From the NCBI RefSeq assembly GCF_052425735.1, contig NC_135764.1, positions 23,498,001 through 23,562,000 on the forward strand: a stretch of 64,000 nucleotides of DNA, read 5' to 3'. Of this stretch, positions 1-12,991 are shown one piece after another (position 1 is the stretch's first letter; each line of letters starts with the position of its first letter). The notes beneath the pieces were generated by a model. That model ran no database searches and was not told the origin of the DNA. It saw only the letters and a list, made by a program, of their open reading frames with translations. The stretch comes from Oculina patagonica (Eukaryota). The position numbers and the translations under genes were made by a program.

Positions 1-3000
1 AGAGAGAATGTGTTTGTTGCCGAGATGAGCCAAAGTCAGAAACCAAGATGGAAGGTAGAATTTGTATATCAGTGGACGTCGTGTTTGTTGCAAAAGGAAA
101 TTAATTTTTAATTGTCAACTGCTTTAAGTGGTTAAAAATAAAGCCGCATACTTGCGTTTTTGGATCTGATTGTGTCTGTTTTTTATTATTTTAATTACTG
201 CTTGGCGGCGTGACACGAAGGAATATCTTGTATCACTGAAAATGAGGACGCTTCGATAGTGTGTTTTAAAAATCGAGCGGTGCTAGGAACTGCGATCGTA
301 GGTTTCCAATAGATATTGTAAGAGATCGTCTTTACCTTAACCGATGCAGAATCGGTGAGAATGTTTAAAAATTAAAGTAATGACTAGTGTAGGAGTTTGC
401 AAACTGACCTGAGTGCAGGCTTGTCAATTGGCATTATTTATTCGAATTCTATTCCAAATTTTTTTGTGCTTTTAAATATCCCACATCATATTTTTTGAAA
501 ACACTTGTATTAAATTATTAGTAGACATAAACGAGTGGCCTAAATTTCAGAAAAAGTTGGTTGCAAAACCAATCTATGGAAAGTCTTACCAATTTGTTGA
601 AGATCAGTTCTTCGCAAGCAAGGGTGCCATTAATGTACGCTCCCCTTCAAACACCAGTACTGCCTGCAAATATTGCCCTGACTTGCAGCTCATGTCCAGG
701 TTTCATTTAGAGTTTTACACAGTTTTTTTTTTAGAGTTTTAATGAAGAAATTTTAAAACTAAACCACCCTTTAACTAAGTGATTTAAGTGATGCTGAAAG
801 AAGGAAATTTCCATCCAGTATTTATTGAATTAAATGATTAGAAGGATTGTCTCCATTAGGAGAAATAATGCATTGTGTAACCTGGCCCTTGGTGGTATAA
901 AGTTTGTGGAATTGTCACTCTGTGATACAGTCTGTATGTTCTCTGTTCTCTAGCTTGATCCACAGAAAAATCATTGCTGCCTGGCTTAAAATTGAAGATT
1001 TAACATAACATTAATTAAAGTGATTTACCCTTGAATTAATTTGTTTAAATCTGTGAGTGTGATGCATTCATTTCCTTGAACAGTAGCTACCTTTATCAAA
1101 TTGTTACAGAAACACAACAGCACTTCAAGGTGCCGTACATGGACTACTAAACATCATTCTTGCATTCGTGGAAAGAATGGTGAGCTCAGCCGACTCGGGT
1201 TGCTCAGAACAGAAATTAAAATCTTCTCAAAGCAAGATTAGTTAATTTTTTGCCCTGGAAAAGAGACAGAAAAGTGATAGTAATGTGGGGGAACAATGAA
1301 GTTCTGCAAATCAGGTTTTGAAATTTGAAAACCACAGTCCAAATTCTGCCCAATTCCTAGGGAGAAAACTGCTTTTTAAAAGGGATTTAGTAAAAAAAAG
1401 TGATGCATCCTTTTATGACATTAATTTTGAAAGCATTTCCAGATTTGTGGACATCTTGATGTCTTGTTTCTGAATTACATATAGCAATGGCCGACCCAAC
1501 TTTGCATTGGTTATATTAAGAAGATAACAATGTGGTTTTTCCTTGATATGTGTCTAATATTCTGTTGAAAAAGTCTCTCAATTTTAACCCACTGAGTTCA
1601 AAGCAGCTTTGAATTATTTCACAAAAAAGAGTTTTAATACTATCTCTATTGCTCTTAGCCATAAGGTCAGCCAGTAGTTTGAAATTATTCTTATGTAATG
1701 CACTAGAAGTGACAAGTATTATAACAGGTTCTGCAAATTTATTAGTTTTAATTAAGGGGAAAAGATCATGAAAATAACTAACTTGCAATGAGAATGTAGC
1801 TTCATATTTATCTTGGAGCAGAGAATATTACAATTAAATAATATTGATAATGATTGTATATATAAGACAAATAATCAGTAGTACATCTTAGTTTAAGCTT
1901 GGATACCATGCACTACAGAAACACGTTATTCTAAGACTGGCTTATGTTATCCACAGATAAATCTAGGGACTATTTAATAAATTAAAACAATGTACAGGGA
2001 TGTAGAGCTCTAAGAAAACACTTAGCCAGCTCATCAACAAAACCAGCTGGCTTTTCTGGCCTTGGCAGCTCTAAAAGTTTACCTAAGTCTTTGTTTTCAT
2101 GTGAAATTTCAGCCGGTTAAATTAGCTGGGAGCCGGCCCTTAGTGACATGCCTGACTGTAGGGTACATGACCACTGGAGAGTCTTATCCATCTCAAATGA
2201 AAGTTGGACCTAATAAAAATGATCCTAATTAACCAGCCTTGTTAAAATTATTCGCATGGACCCCATTCAGTAAAATTAAGTGTTTATTTGTAGATTTACT
2301 TTTTACAACACTTATACACTTGTGACAGAAGAGGAACCACTTCAGACCCACACTGTAAACTGCAACCCCAACAGCAGCTTCAGTATTGTGAAATTACACA
2401 CCATCAAAACATATTCACAAGGTATGGTTTTAACGCTGAGTCTACATACATGTTCAACACTTGAGCTGGAGCCACATTTGAAGCTCATCCAAAAAAAAAT
2501 ATATAAAAAAAATCTAATTCTGTGACTGGTTTTCTAATGACCAGGAAATCACAGGCTGGAATCTCCTTCCTTCTCTTCCTACCCAGCTTTCCATACACCC
2601 ACCACATTTACTGACGGTAAGCAGCATAGCGATATATAGTTGCTGGAGATAACAATGGGCAATTTAGATGTGTAAAATTGTAATGACAATAAGTGTAATA
2701 TCAATATTTTGCATTTGGATTATATACAAAACAGTTATAATATTGGTAAACTAATAAATTTCATACAAATGTTTTCAAAACATATGATGTGGTACATTTA
2801 AAAGCACAAAGAAATTTGGAAATAAATTGCCATAATATTTAAAAACTTTTTTAAATTATAAAAAAAAAGATTGAATGAAATTAAAGAGCAAAATTTTAGA
2901 TTCAGTATAATACAGGCATTTAGTAAATCTAATTTCAATATGCTCAGAACATGTGAAATCCATATATTAAGCTTTTTATACTGAATAGAATTCGAATAAA

Positions 3001-3842
3001 TAATGCCAATTGACAAGCCTGCACTCAGGTCAGTTTGCAAACTCCTACACTAGTCATTACTTTAATTTTTAAACATTCTCACCGATTCTGCATCGGTTAA
3101 GGTAAAGACGATCTCTTACAATATCTATTGGAAACCTACGATCGCAGTTCCTAGCACCGCTCGATTTTTAAAACACACTATCGAAGCGTCCTCATTTTCA
3201 GTGATACAAGATATTCCTTCGTGTCACGCCGCCAAGCAGTAATTAAAATAATAAAAAACAGACACAATCAGATCCAAAAACGCAAGTATGCGGCTTTATT
3301 TTTAACCACTTAAAGCAGTTGACAATTAAAAATTAATTTCCTTTTGCAACAAACACGACGTCCACTGATATACAAATTCTACCTTCCATCTTGGTTTCTG
3401 ACTTTGGCTCATCTCGGCAACAAACACATTCTCTCTGGGTCGGCATGACTTCACATCGCTCACAAGTACGCCAGAATGTACCTCCTAACTGATCGTTTGC
3501 TTCATCATTGTCACTGTGGCTATTGACGGGGATTATGAGCACGTTCTGGCTCGAAACGATACGGTTCTAGAGCAGCCATCACCTCGTGCTTATAAATTCT
3601 AAACAAGCTTGGCAGCCGCGCAAAATCGCTTGGACGGAATGACGTCACGAATGAGGCCAGGCTGCTAAGTTTCAGCTTCAAAATGGCGGCTCGCGAAGCC
3701 GAATTTTGGGCTTCTTTGAAGACGAATTTCGTTAGGAAAACATGCACTTCAGAAGCTGAAACTTCGGTGAGTAGCTTACCTTTATGTGAACTTTTTATTG
3801 GTGATAACAAAAAAAATACGATTTCTGGAGTGAACTTCTCCT
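1..3842. mobile_element. Kolobok-like non-autonomous fold-back DNA transposon (left end outside window), probably within a LASP1 intron
   Basis: 1-~452 is the near-perfect reverse complement of ~2985-3437. The right end ...GAACTTCTCCT is followed by TTAA (3843-3846), giving a TTAA|AGG terminus on the minus strand as in Kolobok. Contains a KolX-like gene remnant. Confidence 0.7.
2510..3579 (-). pseudogene. KolX / P2X7 ballast-domain-like (nanor-like) gene remnant, 3 exons
   Basis: ATG at 3579 reads MAALEPYRFEP, then after a frameshift WRTCERCEVMPTQRECVCCRDE. Exon 2 (~3070-3220) reads GISCITENE..VC. Exon 3 (~2510-2645) reads YRYAAYRQ*MWWVYGKLGRKRRKEIPAC. These match the recalled PYxFEP / WCxCxxCxxMPTxxExxCC / YRxxAYR..G.LG...R..IPxC signature. 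Internal stops and a frameshift are present. Confidence 0.75.
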
Positions 3843-4716
3843 TTAAAACATTCCTGATTAGAGAGAGTTTCTAATTCAATTTAGCAATCCCCATTTCAGT
3901 AGTGCTGTAGGATCCCCCCGTTTCCCCTATCATTGTTGGTCCCTCATTTTACAACCTTGCATGTGCAAGGTTGCTTTTTGCTCAACATTGAATGGAGGGG
4001 AGGGGAGGGGAGGAACAAAAGGGCAAAACTTCCCAAGATTTTTGTCTGGGGTTGTAGCTTGTCGGATTCCCAAGCAGAAGTGGAAGAACAAACGAATCAA
4101 AATGCTAAAGAAAAAAACAACAATTAAATCATAAACAACAGAGTCATAAGCAGAATCAGGAACACTTTACCCCAGGGGGGGTACTCCGGCTTGTAAATGA
4201 CGGGGATGATCGAATGAACGCAAAACTCAGGACCCAAAAAAATCCCTAAGTCTTCCGACATTACCCAAAAAAATCCCTGGACCAAAAATAACCCCCTCCC
4301 CCCCCCCCAAAAAAAAACCCCTTGTCAAATTACCCCTAAATTGCCAGGAGGGGCAATAATATAACACAAAGAAAAGCATTAAAAATTGAATGCTTGTGTT
4401 TGTTTGTTTATTCATCATAACATAAATACGCCAAGGCCACGCCAAGGCACTTTAGTTGTTTTTAATACCCCAAAAAATCCCCTATATTAATCAAGTCACC
4501 CAAAAAAATCCTTGCCAAATTTTCCAACCCAAAAAAAATCCCGGAATCGAAAATTTCAAACCCAAAAAAATCCTTCGATCATCCCCGTCATTTACAAGCC
4601 GAAGTACCCCCCCTGGGCACTTTACTACTCCGTGGGTTTAATTTTCACTAGATCCTTATGCTCTGTGTTTCTGAAAACCAGCCTCTTATCATGTTTGAGC
4701 CAAAAAAAATACTCAC

Positions 4717-6894
4717 ATTGCTCTGCTTCTTTGTGTTTTGTGCTAGCCGTACATTTTCTGGAGTATCAGCAACTGCTGTAAATTTCGTGGTTGGATAATG
4801 CCTAAAAGAAGAAGTTTTTATGGCAGTTTAGTCACAAGTAAAGACATAACATTGTATGAAGTAAGAAATTCCAGTGGCTTTGCACTGTAAATATTGTCCA
4901 AAACATTCATGATGGACACAAAGGAACATACATGTGCACTGCAGCTGTTTTCAGAATAGATAAAACCCATTAAAACTAACATTGAAGCATAACTATATTG
5001 TGGACTTGTCAGACAATATTTTGTGGCATGGGTTGAAAACTTTTGTGGGTAAAAAGGAAGCGGGGTGGTCACATGTTTCACATTCTTTAAGTTGTGATAG
5101 AAGTATTTATTATTTACTCTTCTCAGTCAGGGATTTTAAGTTCAAAGCCATTTATAGCACAATTGATTAATATGACTGCTCCTCAGTTCATGATGGTATG
5201 TTGAAAGCATTTAATAATGATGAACAATATTTTCTTGTTTGGAAGGAAAAGGAAGTGGCAACTCAGTTCTGAGAATTATTTTGTGGTATATCAAGATGAA
5301 GCTCTATGTGCATGTAATTTATTACAATTATTATTATTTTTTTTTGATTTTCATCACTCATGTGCTTGACAATGTACACAACATTCTTGGTGGAATGACA
5401 TGACTTCCTTAGAACCTTTCCTCATGTAAACAGGCCCTTAAAAACCTCAAATTTCAACACAGAAAATGACATTCCACTGCCAAGTGTACAATATCTCATT
5501 TTGATCATGATTTATATGGAAAATAACTGGATTTCAATGACAGCGTTTTATTATTTAAGCCTTCAATTAAATGGAATGTTATGACTGAAGATTTTAATCT
5601 CTACATTGTGTAAACAATAAAATGTTCAAAATATTATTTACTCTACATCAATGAAATCGCAGCTGTAGTATTATTTATTCATTCCATCGATCAGCTGATG
5701 CAACCATAACTAATTTATTTACTACAACTTCGGCCAGACGTTTTCGACACGTTTATACTGCAAGACAACAAATTTCTTTGTCACTCAGTGGTCGAAAAGG
5801 AGATTTCTGTTCCACAAACGACGGACGATTGTCAACTTTTCTCTCATAGTTTTATTGCGTTCTTCACAACAACTTATCTCCAACGATCTTAATCTGGCTT
5901 GAAATAAAATTACGAGAGCGTTAACTGAATAACTTCTTGTTAATTTGTAGGTATTCTGCCATTCGATCCGCAAAGAAAATCACCTTTCACCTCAAAATAA
6001 ACGCAAACCAAGGGTGTGACGCTTGAATAGGATAATGTGTATACGACCAAATTAAGTATTGAACAAATATTAAATATGTGTACTTCTGCTACAATATTGT
6101 AAATCGGTAGCTTAGCTACAGGTTTTGAAGTCGTGCATGTAAGCAGCTTTCAGCGCTATGAAATAAAAGGAAAATTATTCGAATTCAGCACAGGGAGGAC
6201 CTAATTAAACCGATCCAAAAATTTCACGAACGCGCAAACACATCCATATACTGGCGATACTGGACTAGGAAATCCTGACCGAAGACACGAGCTGACTAAT
6301 TAGCCAAAAGGGTAATCACTACAAACATACTATGCGTGTTTCGTGGAGAGCGATGTCGTGCAAATGAGTACTTCTACAAAGGGTCCATTTCAGGGGGGAG
6401 TATAGAATCAAAATGGAGTATGGTCGACCCTACATGTATGCAAGACACGATTTCCCTGTCAGCATGCTAGAACACAATAAAAACAGGGTTACACGCCAAA
6501 TTAGCTTCTTGTAGACACAGGGAGTCTTAACGGTTATTCCTATGCAAATGTGAAATGCATATATAACAATATTTGGATAGAATCACTCTGTAAGAACTCT
6601 CAGAAAAGTACAAAAATAATTACAACTCACGCAGGGCAGTAGGGCTTCTTGTCATAGCCTTTGTAATTCTTCATCGTTAAAGTCATATTGCAAACCTCGC
6701 AGCTGAAACATCCTTTATGCCAGTACTGAAAAATCACAACACAGAAACAGGATATCAGAATGAGCAAGCCAACGCCATGAAATCCAAAATGCTAGCAAGC
6801 TATTTAAAACACACCACACTCCAACCTTGTCAAGACAGTTGAGTTTTTCCATCGGATAGACCGTTTTATCACATCGTGCACACCTTGGATTCAT
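4717..6894 (-). CDS. LASP1: LIM and SH3 domain protein (LASP), first three coding exons; remainder not found in window
   Basis: Exons 6826-6894, 6631-6725 and 4717-4801 splice (GT-AG, phases fit) to [83 protein letters not shown]: a LIM domain followed by the nebulin-repeat lead-in (VADTPEN) typical of LASP. Confidence 0.95.
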
Positions 6895-7129
6895 CTTGAA
6901 GCGTTCTAAATGCAACAAACAGCAGTTCTTCTAGTTCTCTACAAATCAAACTGGTGCAAAACGCTGAATTACAGCGTAAAACCCAAAATAGCTTTCAGCG
7001 GAGCGTGCCTTCAGCTTTTTTACCAAATCAGGAAATGTTCTGGGAGGAGCACACCCACAAGGCTTTGCAACTTTCACTTTCATCCGGGACAATTATTCCG
7101 CATCCGGGCTGTTTCCTCTTGGATTCAAG
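6895..7129. promoter_or_regulatory. Putative bidirectional promoter between LASP1 and MLX
   Basis: The two start codons are divergent and only 235 bp apart. The interval contains a CATCCGGG direct repeat, and AAGATGGCG (YY1-like) overlaps the MLX ATG. Confidence 0.7.
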
Positions 7130-10078
7130 ATGGCGGGCGAAGTTGAAGAGTGGGGAACGAATCAACAGGTTAGAAAATGCGGAAATAATTTTTTATTTTC
7201 AAAACAGAAACTTTTGAAAGTTATTTTAACTACCCTATATTTCATTTTCCTAGACTAAAACTTATTCTTGACTAGAGCGTTGTGGTAATCTGCTGTATGC
7301 CTCGCTTGTCAAGAAAATTCCCTGTTATTTGATCTGATTTAATATTCCTTTCTTCCTGTCTCTTAATACTTCCAGTTTAGTATCCTTCGTCATTGAATTA
7401 TTTGAATTCTTTCGCACATTATTTGCATGTGATAAATTCACGTTCTGTTTGTCTGATAAAAGGTTTTGTTTTTGTTTTCCCTATAAAATTATGTGTTAAT
7501 TTGTAAATAAACAAAACTAGATGGTGGATAAAATTTGTCAGTTCTACAACTGATCTAATGTGGGAGGTGTGATTTCCTATAAATAGTTATGTGTAGATGT
7601 ATAGAAATGATTGGAATATTTTAAGCCTGACAACAATGTCAAGGCTGTGCTCTAAGAAAAATTACAAGGAGCCCAAAGCCTCCAAGCTATGAGATCCAGG
7701 GTGCCCAGCACAAAGCTTATATGAGAGAAATAAGATAATCTGGTCGCCCAAAGACAAAAGTTAGTCACCTGAGGCACCCGGGCACCCTTAGAGCACAGCC
7801 CTGGATGTATACTGTGTGTACCATTTGGTTGGATTTTCACTCTAAAAGAAATGCTGTCATTTCTATTAATTTTGCTTAAGTAAAGGCTTGCAGTATAATA
7901 TAAAACATGGTGTTATTTTCAATGATTATTTTCCTTTTAGCTTGTGACTGTGATTCCAGGAGGCAATGACCAACTTTATGAAGAACAAGGTAAAGCATAT
8001 TTACCACTTAACTAAATAGACCCTTCCACGGTTTCTGACGCCATCTTGGTTGGGGGGCAAACACGGCAAAATTTACAGTAAATGTATGGGAAAAATCGGG
8101 AGTTTGACGCTCGATAATTCGAGGACCGTTGACATTCTGAAACTTTTGTGAATTGCAAACTAAAGATACTAGCTAAAAGAGTTAACTGATTAAATTTGAA
8201 GGGGATCAGTTTACTTAGAAGCGAGAAATCATACTTTTAGTTTTTCATACAAATGCTTCTAAATTTTCCCGCGAACGGTGGCTCCATTTTACAGAGAAAT
8301 ATATGAAAAATGAAAATCTTAATTTGCGGCTTTCTAAGTGAGAGTAAAATTCTCAAATTTGATCGGTTAACTCTTTCATCTAATATTTTAGGTTTGTAAT
8401 TCATAGAAGTTGCAGAAAGTCGACCTTTCTCGAATTATCGAGCGTCAAACTCCCGATTTTTCCCATACATTTACTGTAAATTTTGCCGCGTTTGCCCCCC
8501 AACCAAGATGGTGTCAGAAACCGTGGAAGGGTCTATTTAATGGAAAGCAGGTATATTACAGTGATTGGAAGGTGCAATGGCCTAATGGTTACCATTTCAG
8601 ACTCTGCATCGAACTGTTTGGGTTCGAGCCCTGGCCAGGATTGCTGTGTTGTGTTCTTGGGCAAGACACTTTACTCTCATAGTGCCTCTCTCCACCCAGG
8701 TGTATAAATGCTGGGGGAGAGGTGGGTACCCTGTGATGGACTAGCATCCCATTCAGTGGGGAGTAGAAATATTCCTAGCCGCTTAATGCTATCAAACCGG
8801 AATAGGCTCCAGCAGTATGGGCCACTTAGCTTGAGGCTTTACTTCTAATATTACAGTGATTAGGAGTGGGGGCTTGTGCAGGGTCTGTTCATGTAGTGGA
8901 AAATGTTAACTTGTCAAAAGTTTTCTGTTTATTTGCATAATAATTTTGTCGCTGGTCCATCGTTTCTTGGGGTACATCTAGAACAGAAACCAGACATGAC
9001 AGAGCTAATGTGATACTCATAACCTTTATTGTACATTGTGTATCTTTTTCACATTAGGTGATTCAACTGATGTCAAGTCTGAACCAGCAAGCCCTGAGGA
9101 GGATGCATCAAGAACACATTTTGGTAAACAAGCAAGCTTATTACACTTTTAAAAGGGGTAGTAGGAGAAACTTCAAAGGTTTCTTTTAGTCAGCCCGGTT
9201 CATGTGATCAGGTCCAAATAGACAGAGAAAATAAAAGGCAAACTCGTCTAGTTTTTATTTTGAAAAACTGTTGTTCAAAAGCCATCTCCTGTTGAATGGC
9301 AATAAATAATACTTATCTTTGGTTTAAATTTTTTTATACCAAATTGATTTTTATTTTCTTTTGTTTCAGATTATAAAAACGGATACATGAATGAGGCAAT
9401 GAAAGATAAAAATTAAAATGATTTGAACGATTTTAAACCTAAGATAAATTTAAACCACATCATAGACCTGTAATCTCACAACTAGACAATGTTTTTGAAT
9501 AAAAATCAAATTGGACAAAGTTTGACATTCTCGTGGCTTGTGTTTAAGCTGGTGAATCAAAGCAACAAAAACTGCAAGAGGCAGAGTTGTGAAGTTCCAG
9601 GTTTGCTCACTGACAACTTTTAGCTCTGCCTCCAGGACTCACTTTTTCCATTTTGATTGACAATTCGAAACAGAAGCCATCTAAAAGTTCTCAAAAAGAT
9701 GTCAAGAAACTGTCAAAATAAAATAAATCACAAACTTTGTCAACTGGCAACAGTGTGTGCACTGCAACATTGAACAATATATTAAAGTTTATATGAATGT
9801 TATATGATATGCATGTTCAACAGTTATTTTTGGATACATTGTTCATGTAATGTATGTTTGTTCTCTAGATTCCCAAGATGAAGAAACTGACGTGTTTGGC
9901 GCCAAAGAACAGAGACGTTTTGCACACAGCGCCGCTGAGCAGAAAAGAAGGGATGCTATAAGGGTCAGTTAAATTTTATGACATATGGTTTGCCTGTTTA
10001 AAAAAAATTTGTGCCATATTGCTAGTTAGATTGCTGATTTATAAAACTTGCTTGATGTATTGGTAACTTGGTCTGTTG

Positions 10079-10112
<34 letters not shown>

Positions 10113-12991
10113 TATAAATTCTAGAAAGGGTACGACGATCTTCAGACAATTGTACCAACCTGCCACCAGCCGAACACTGCCACAGCTATGCAAAAGCTAA
10201 GCAAGGCCATCATTCTACAGAAATGTAAGTAACACAAGATTCTGTAGAGACCACAGACCAAGCAAGCTTTGTGCATATGTGTGTACTTCATGCATGGTCA
10301 ATTTGTTTCAAAATCACTCATAGACAAGAAAGTTGATCACTTGTAGACATACTGTACTTGTACATGACTTGTACAAACATACTGTCACAGTTTCAACCTG
10401 CCATATCTATGACAGACTTGTGTCTTACAAGCAGTCAGTTGAATAATAAACTGTGGATTTTGAAGTCTAAAGAGAATAACTTACATGCATTATTATACAT
10501 TGTAGTCACTAGCTGTCTTCTCATTGGCTAGGAGCCTACAGCTAATTCTGGGAATCCGCGCAACCCCGCGGCAACCTACAGATTAGTGAATAATCTTCTA
10601 GCAGATTATTCACTAATCTGTAGGTTGCGCGCGCAATGCATGATTTCCAAGAGCAATGTGTCAAGCATCTGGTGGCGAAGGAAATTCATAGTTCGTCGAT
10701 TCACTTTTTCAACCAAGAAAAAGTAAATAAAAAATAAAATGGGAATAAATGGGAATTTACAGTGGGATTTTCGGGTGTTTTTCCTTTGGTGGTTTTTTTG
10801 GGGGGGGAGGAAAACAGAAAAAGCAGAGAAAAAAACAAAAAAAAAGGGAGGAAAAAAAAAAAAAACGGGGGGGGGGGGGGATATGTGAAAAAAATTGGAA
10901 AAAAAAAAAAAAAAAAAAAAATAAAAAAATTTAATTGTCCTGGAGAGTCCTTGAAAAGTCCTTGAATTTTTGACCTAAAAAAAGTGTATAATTATGTGCC
11001 AATATGGTTCAACTATCTGGGTCCACTCATCCCTGGCACTGAAACACACTTTATAACACTTGTTGCACTTCTCATGTAAATTTATAAATGACTGTGTTTT
11101 CCTTTCAGGTATTGAGTACATCATATTCCTACACCAGCAGAGAAAGAAGCAGGAGGAGGAGTTAGAGGCACTCAGAAAAGAAGTGATGGCTCTAAAAATC
11201 ATGAAGACGTAAGATTGTTGATTCCCTTTCGAGTTATTATATATTTTCTTTAATGTAAGTTTTGTGAGTTTGGTGACACATCATGGTAATCCCCCCCCCT
11301 GGGGGAAAGGAAACCAGGGGGGAGGGGACAACAACGAAGGTGCTTCAAAGATAACCTGAAATACAACCTGGGGCAATGCATAATGGGAGTAACAGGCCAG
11401 TGACAGACCTGGCTGGAGATTTGCCACTCACCCAGGTGCAATGCACAGTGAGCAGCAGAGAAAAGAACACATTTGAGTGACTCCATTCAGCGAGATAATA
11501 GAGGCAACTGCAGGCTGCCAGCACAGCTCCAACCTCAAAAGAGTTCAGATGTTTGTGAATCTGCCTTTCAGGAATCGGATTACTCAGACATCAATGAATC
11601 TACCAAGCAGACATCTTACTTGATATTGAGAGATTGTCAATCTGAATTGTGATGAACATTCCTTAGTTGATGATTTCGTTTAATTTCTTTACCTGTCTGC
11701 TTGACAAGTGAAGAAGTGACAATGCATTTTCTTTTTAGAATGAAATAAATATTGAAATGTTAGTCATTATCGGAAATTAATTTTAATTTATTCATTTGAT
11801 AGTTTTTGTTGGTTTCCTTTGGCAACTAGTTAGTTTAGTTTTCCCTTAAATTTTGATTATTCTTGAAAGATGACTTTTCATGAAGATTGATATCCTCAGG
11901 GAAACAAATTACAGTTGCGTATTTAGTCAATGTCTCCTTTATCCTCAGGAATTATGAACAAATAGCCAAAGCACATCAGAATCAGGTACAAAATCATTGT
12001 TTGTTTGTTTGTTTTTTCATTTTTTCCTTTGAGATTCTTTGTAGCCTCAACACACTTGTCAATGAGTAATCCTTTCCTCTTCACTTATGATGTATAATTA
12101 TTTTTAGCCAGCACAAGGGCAGAAGCAAGTACCAGATCAGGCCAAATTTAGTGTGGTAAGTTATATACAGTAGTTGTCATGTTTTAGTGTAATGGTCCCT
12201 CAAGTCTTTAACATTACAGTCCGATTTTGGTGGCAGATTCCAGTGTACTTCAACTGTGATGACCAGACATGGATTATAGGATGAATTACATTCAGTAAAA
12301 GCTAATTTAATGTGTATTTTTCCCTTTCGTAGTTCCGACAGATCATGGAGACACAGTTCCTGTCATTTAATGCATCAGTCAATGTCACCAATTTTGAAGC
12401 ACTATCAGCTTGCATATTCAGTTGGCTTGAAGAATACTGTAAGCCTCAGGTAAGAGGAGTTTATAAAACTGCCCTTTGCACAGCACCCACTAGATTAGTG
12501 TCCTGTGGCATCCACTAGATTATCTACTAGGCAACTGTGCTGTGGCATTCACTAGGTCACTGTCCTGTGGCATCCACTAGGTCACTGTCCTGTGGCATCC
12601 ACTAGGTCACTGTCCTGTGGCATCCACTAGATTACTGTCCTGTGCAGCATAAACTACAGTCCTGTGCGAGAAGTGAAAATCGGAGTCAAGGTCACAAGAT
12701 CGATGGAATTGGTGTCAGAAGATTGCACTTTGCAGTTCTGACTCTGTCACTTATGATTCAGTGAAAACTCGATTGGCGGAGTCAAAAGCAGAAGCACTTG
12801 GCAGAAGCACTTTGAGTGCTGGACAAAGGACAAGTTCCTTAGTTTGTTTAATTTTGATTGTTTCTTGTTCATTATTATATTGATTTCTTATTAATCGTTT
12901 CTTATTCACTTTCCACCTCTAGTATCTGCAAGACATTGTGATCAATGCTCTTAAAAGTCTGAACAACCAAGGACTTCTGCAGCAGCAATAG
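7130..12991 (+). CDS. MLX: Max-like protein X (bHLH-ZIP, DCD domain)
   Basis: Exons 7130-7168, 7941-7989, 9058-9123, 9869-9963, 10125-10224, 11109-11208, 11949-11985, 12108-12155, 12333-12449 and 12923-12991. They encode RRFAHSAAEQKRRDAIRKGYDDLQTIVPTC...KLSKAIILQKCIEYI...LRKEVMALKIMKTNYEQI...LSACIFSWLEEYCKPQ, diagnostic of MLX. Confidence 0.96.
8014..8539. mobile_element. Palindromic MITE with ~110-bp TIRs (ATAGACC...GGTCTAT; possibly ISL2EU/PIF-type with AT TSD)
   Basis: 8014-8125 is the reverse complement of 8428-8539. Confidence 0.75.
8568..8845 (+). mobile_element. tRNA-derived SINE with CORE-like central domain
   Basis: A-box TGGCCTAATGG and B-box GGTTCGAGCC, followed by CTTGGGCAAGACACTT...CTCTCCACCCAGGTGTATAAATG. 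Confidence 0.7.
12497..12650. repeat. 25-bp minisatellite (GTCCTGTGGCATCCACTAGGTCACT), ~6 copies, in MLX intron
   Basis: Direct tandem copies are visible. Confidence 0.9.

Noticed and set aside
557-1800. Kolobok transposase remnant in the fold-back interior
   Set aside because: No convincing motif could be reconstructed by eye; needs tBLASTn.
8568-8640. tRNA gene (also 14713-14815)
   Set aside because: A/B boxes are present but there is no complete cloverleaf, and a SINE body follows.
10720-10935. Lys/Gly-rich ORFs (poly-A/poly-G)
   Set aside because: Appears to be a homopolymer-corrupted copy of the SINE at 54345-54525 (shares ATGGGAATTTACAGTGGGA); probable sequencing artefact.
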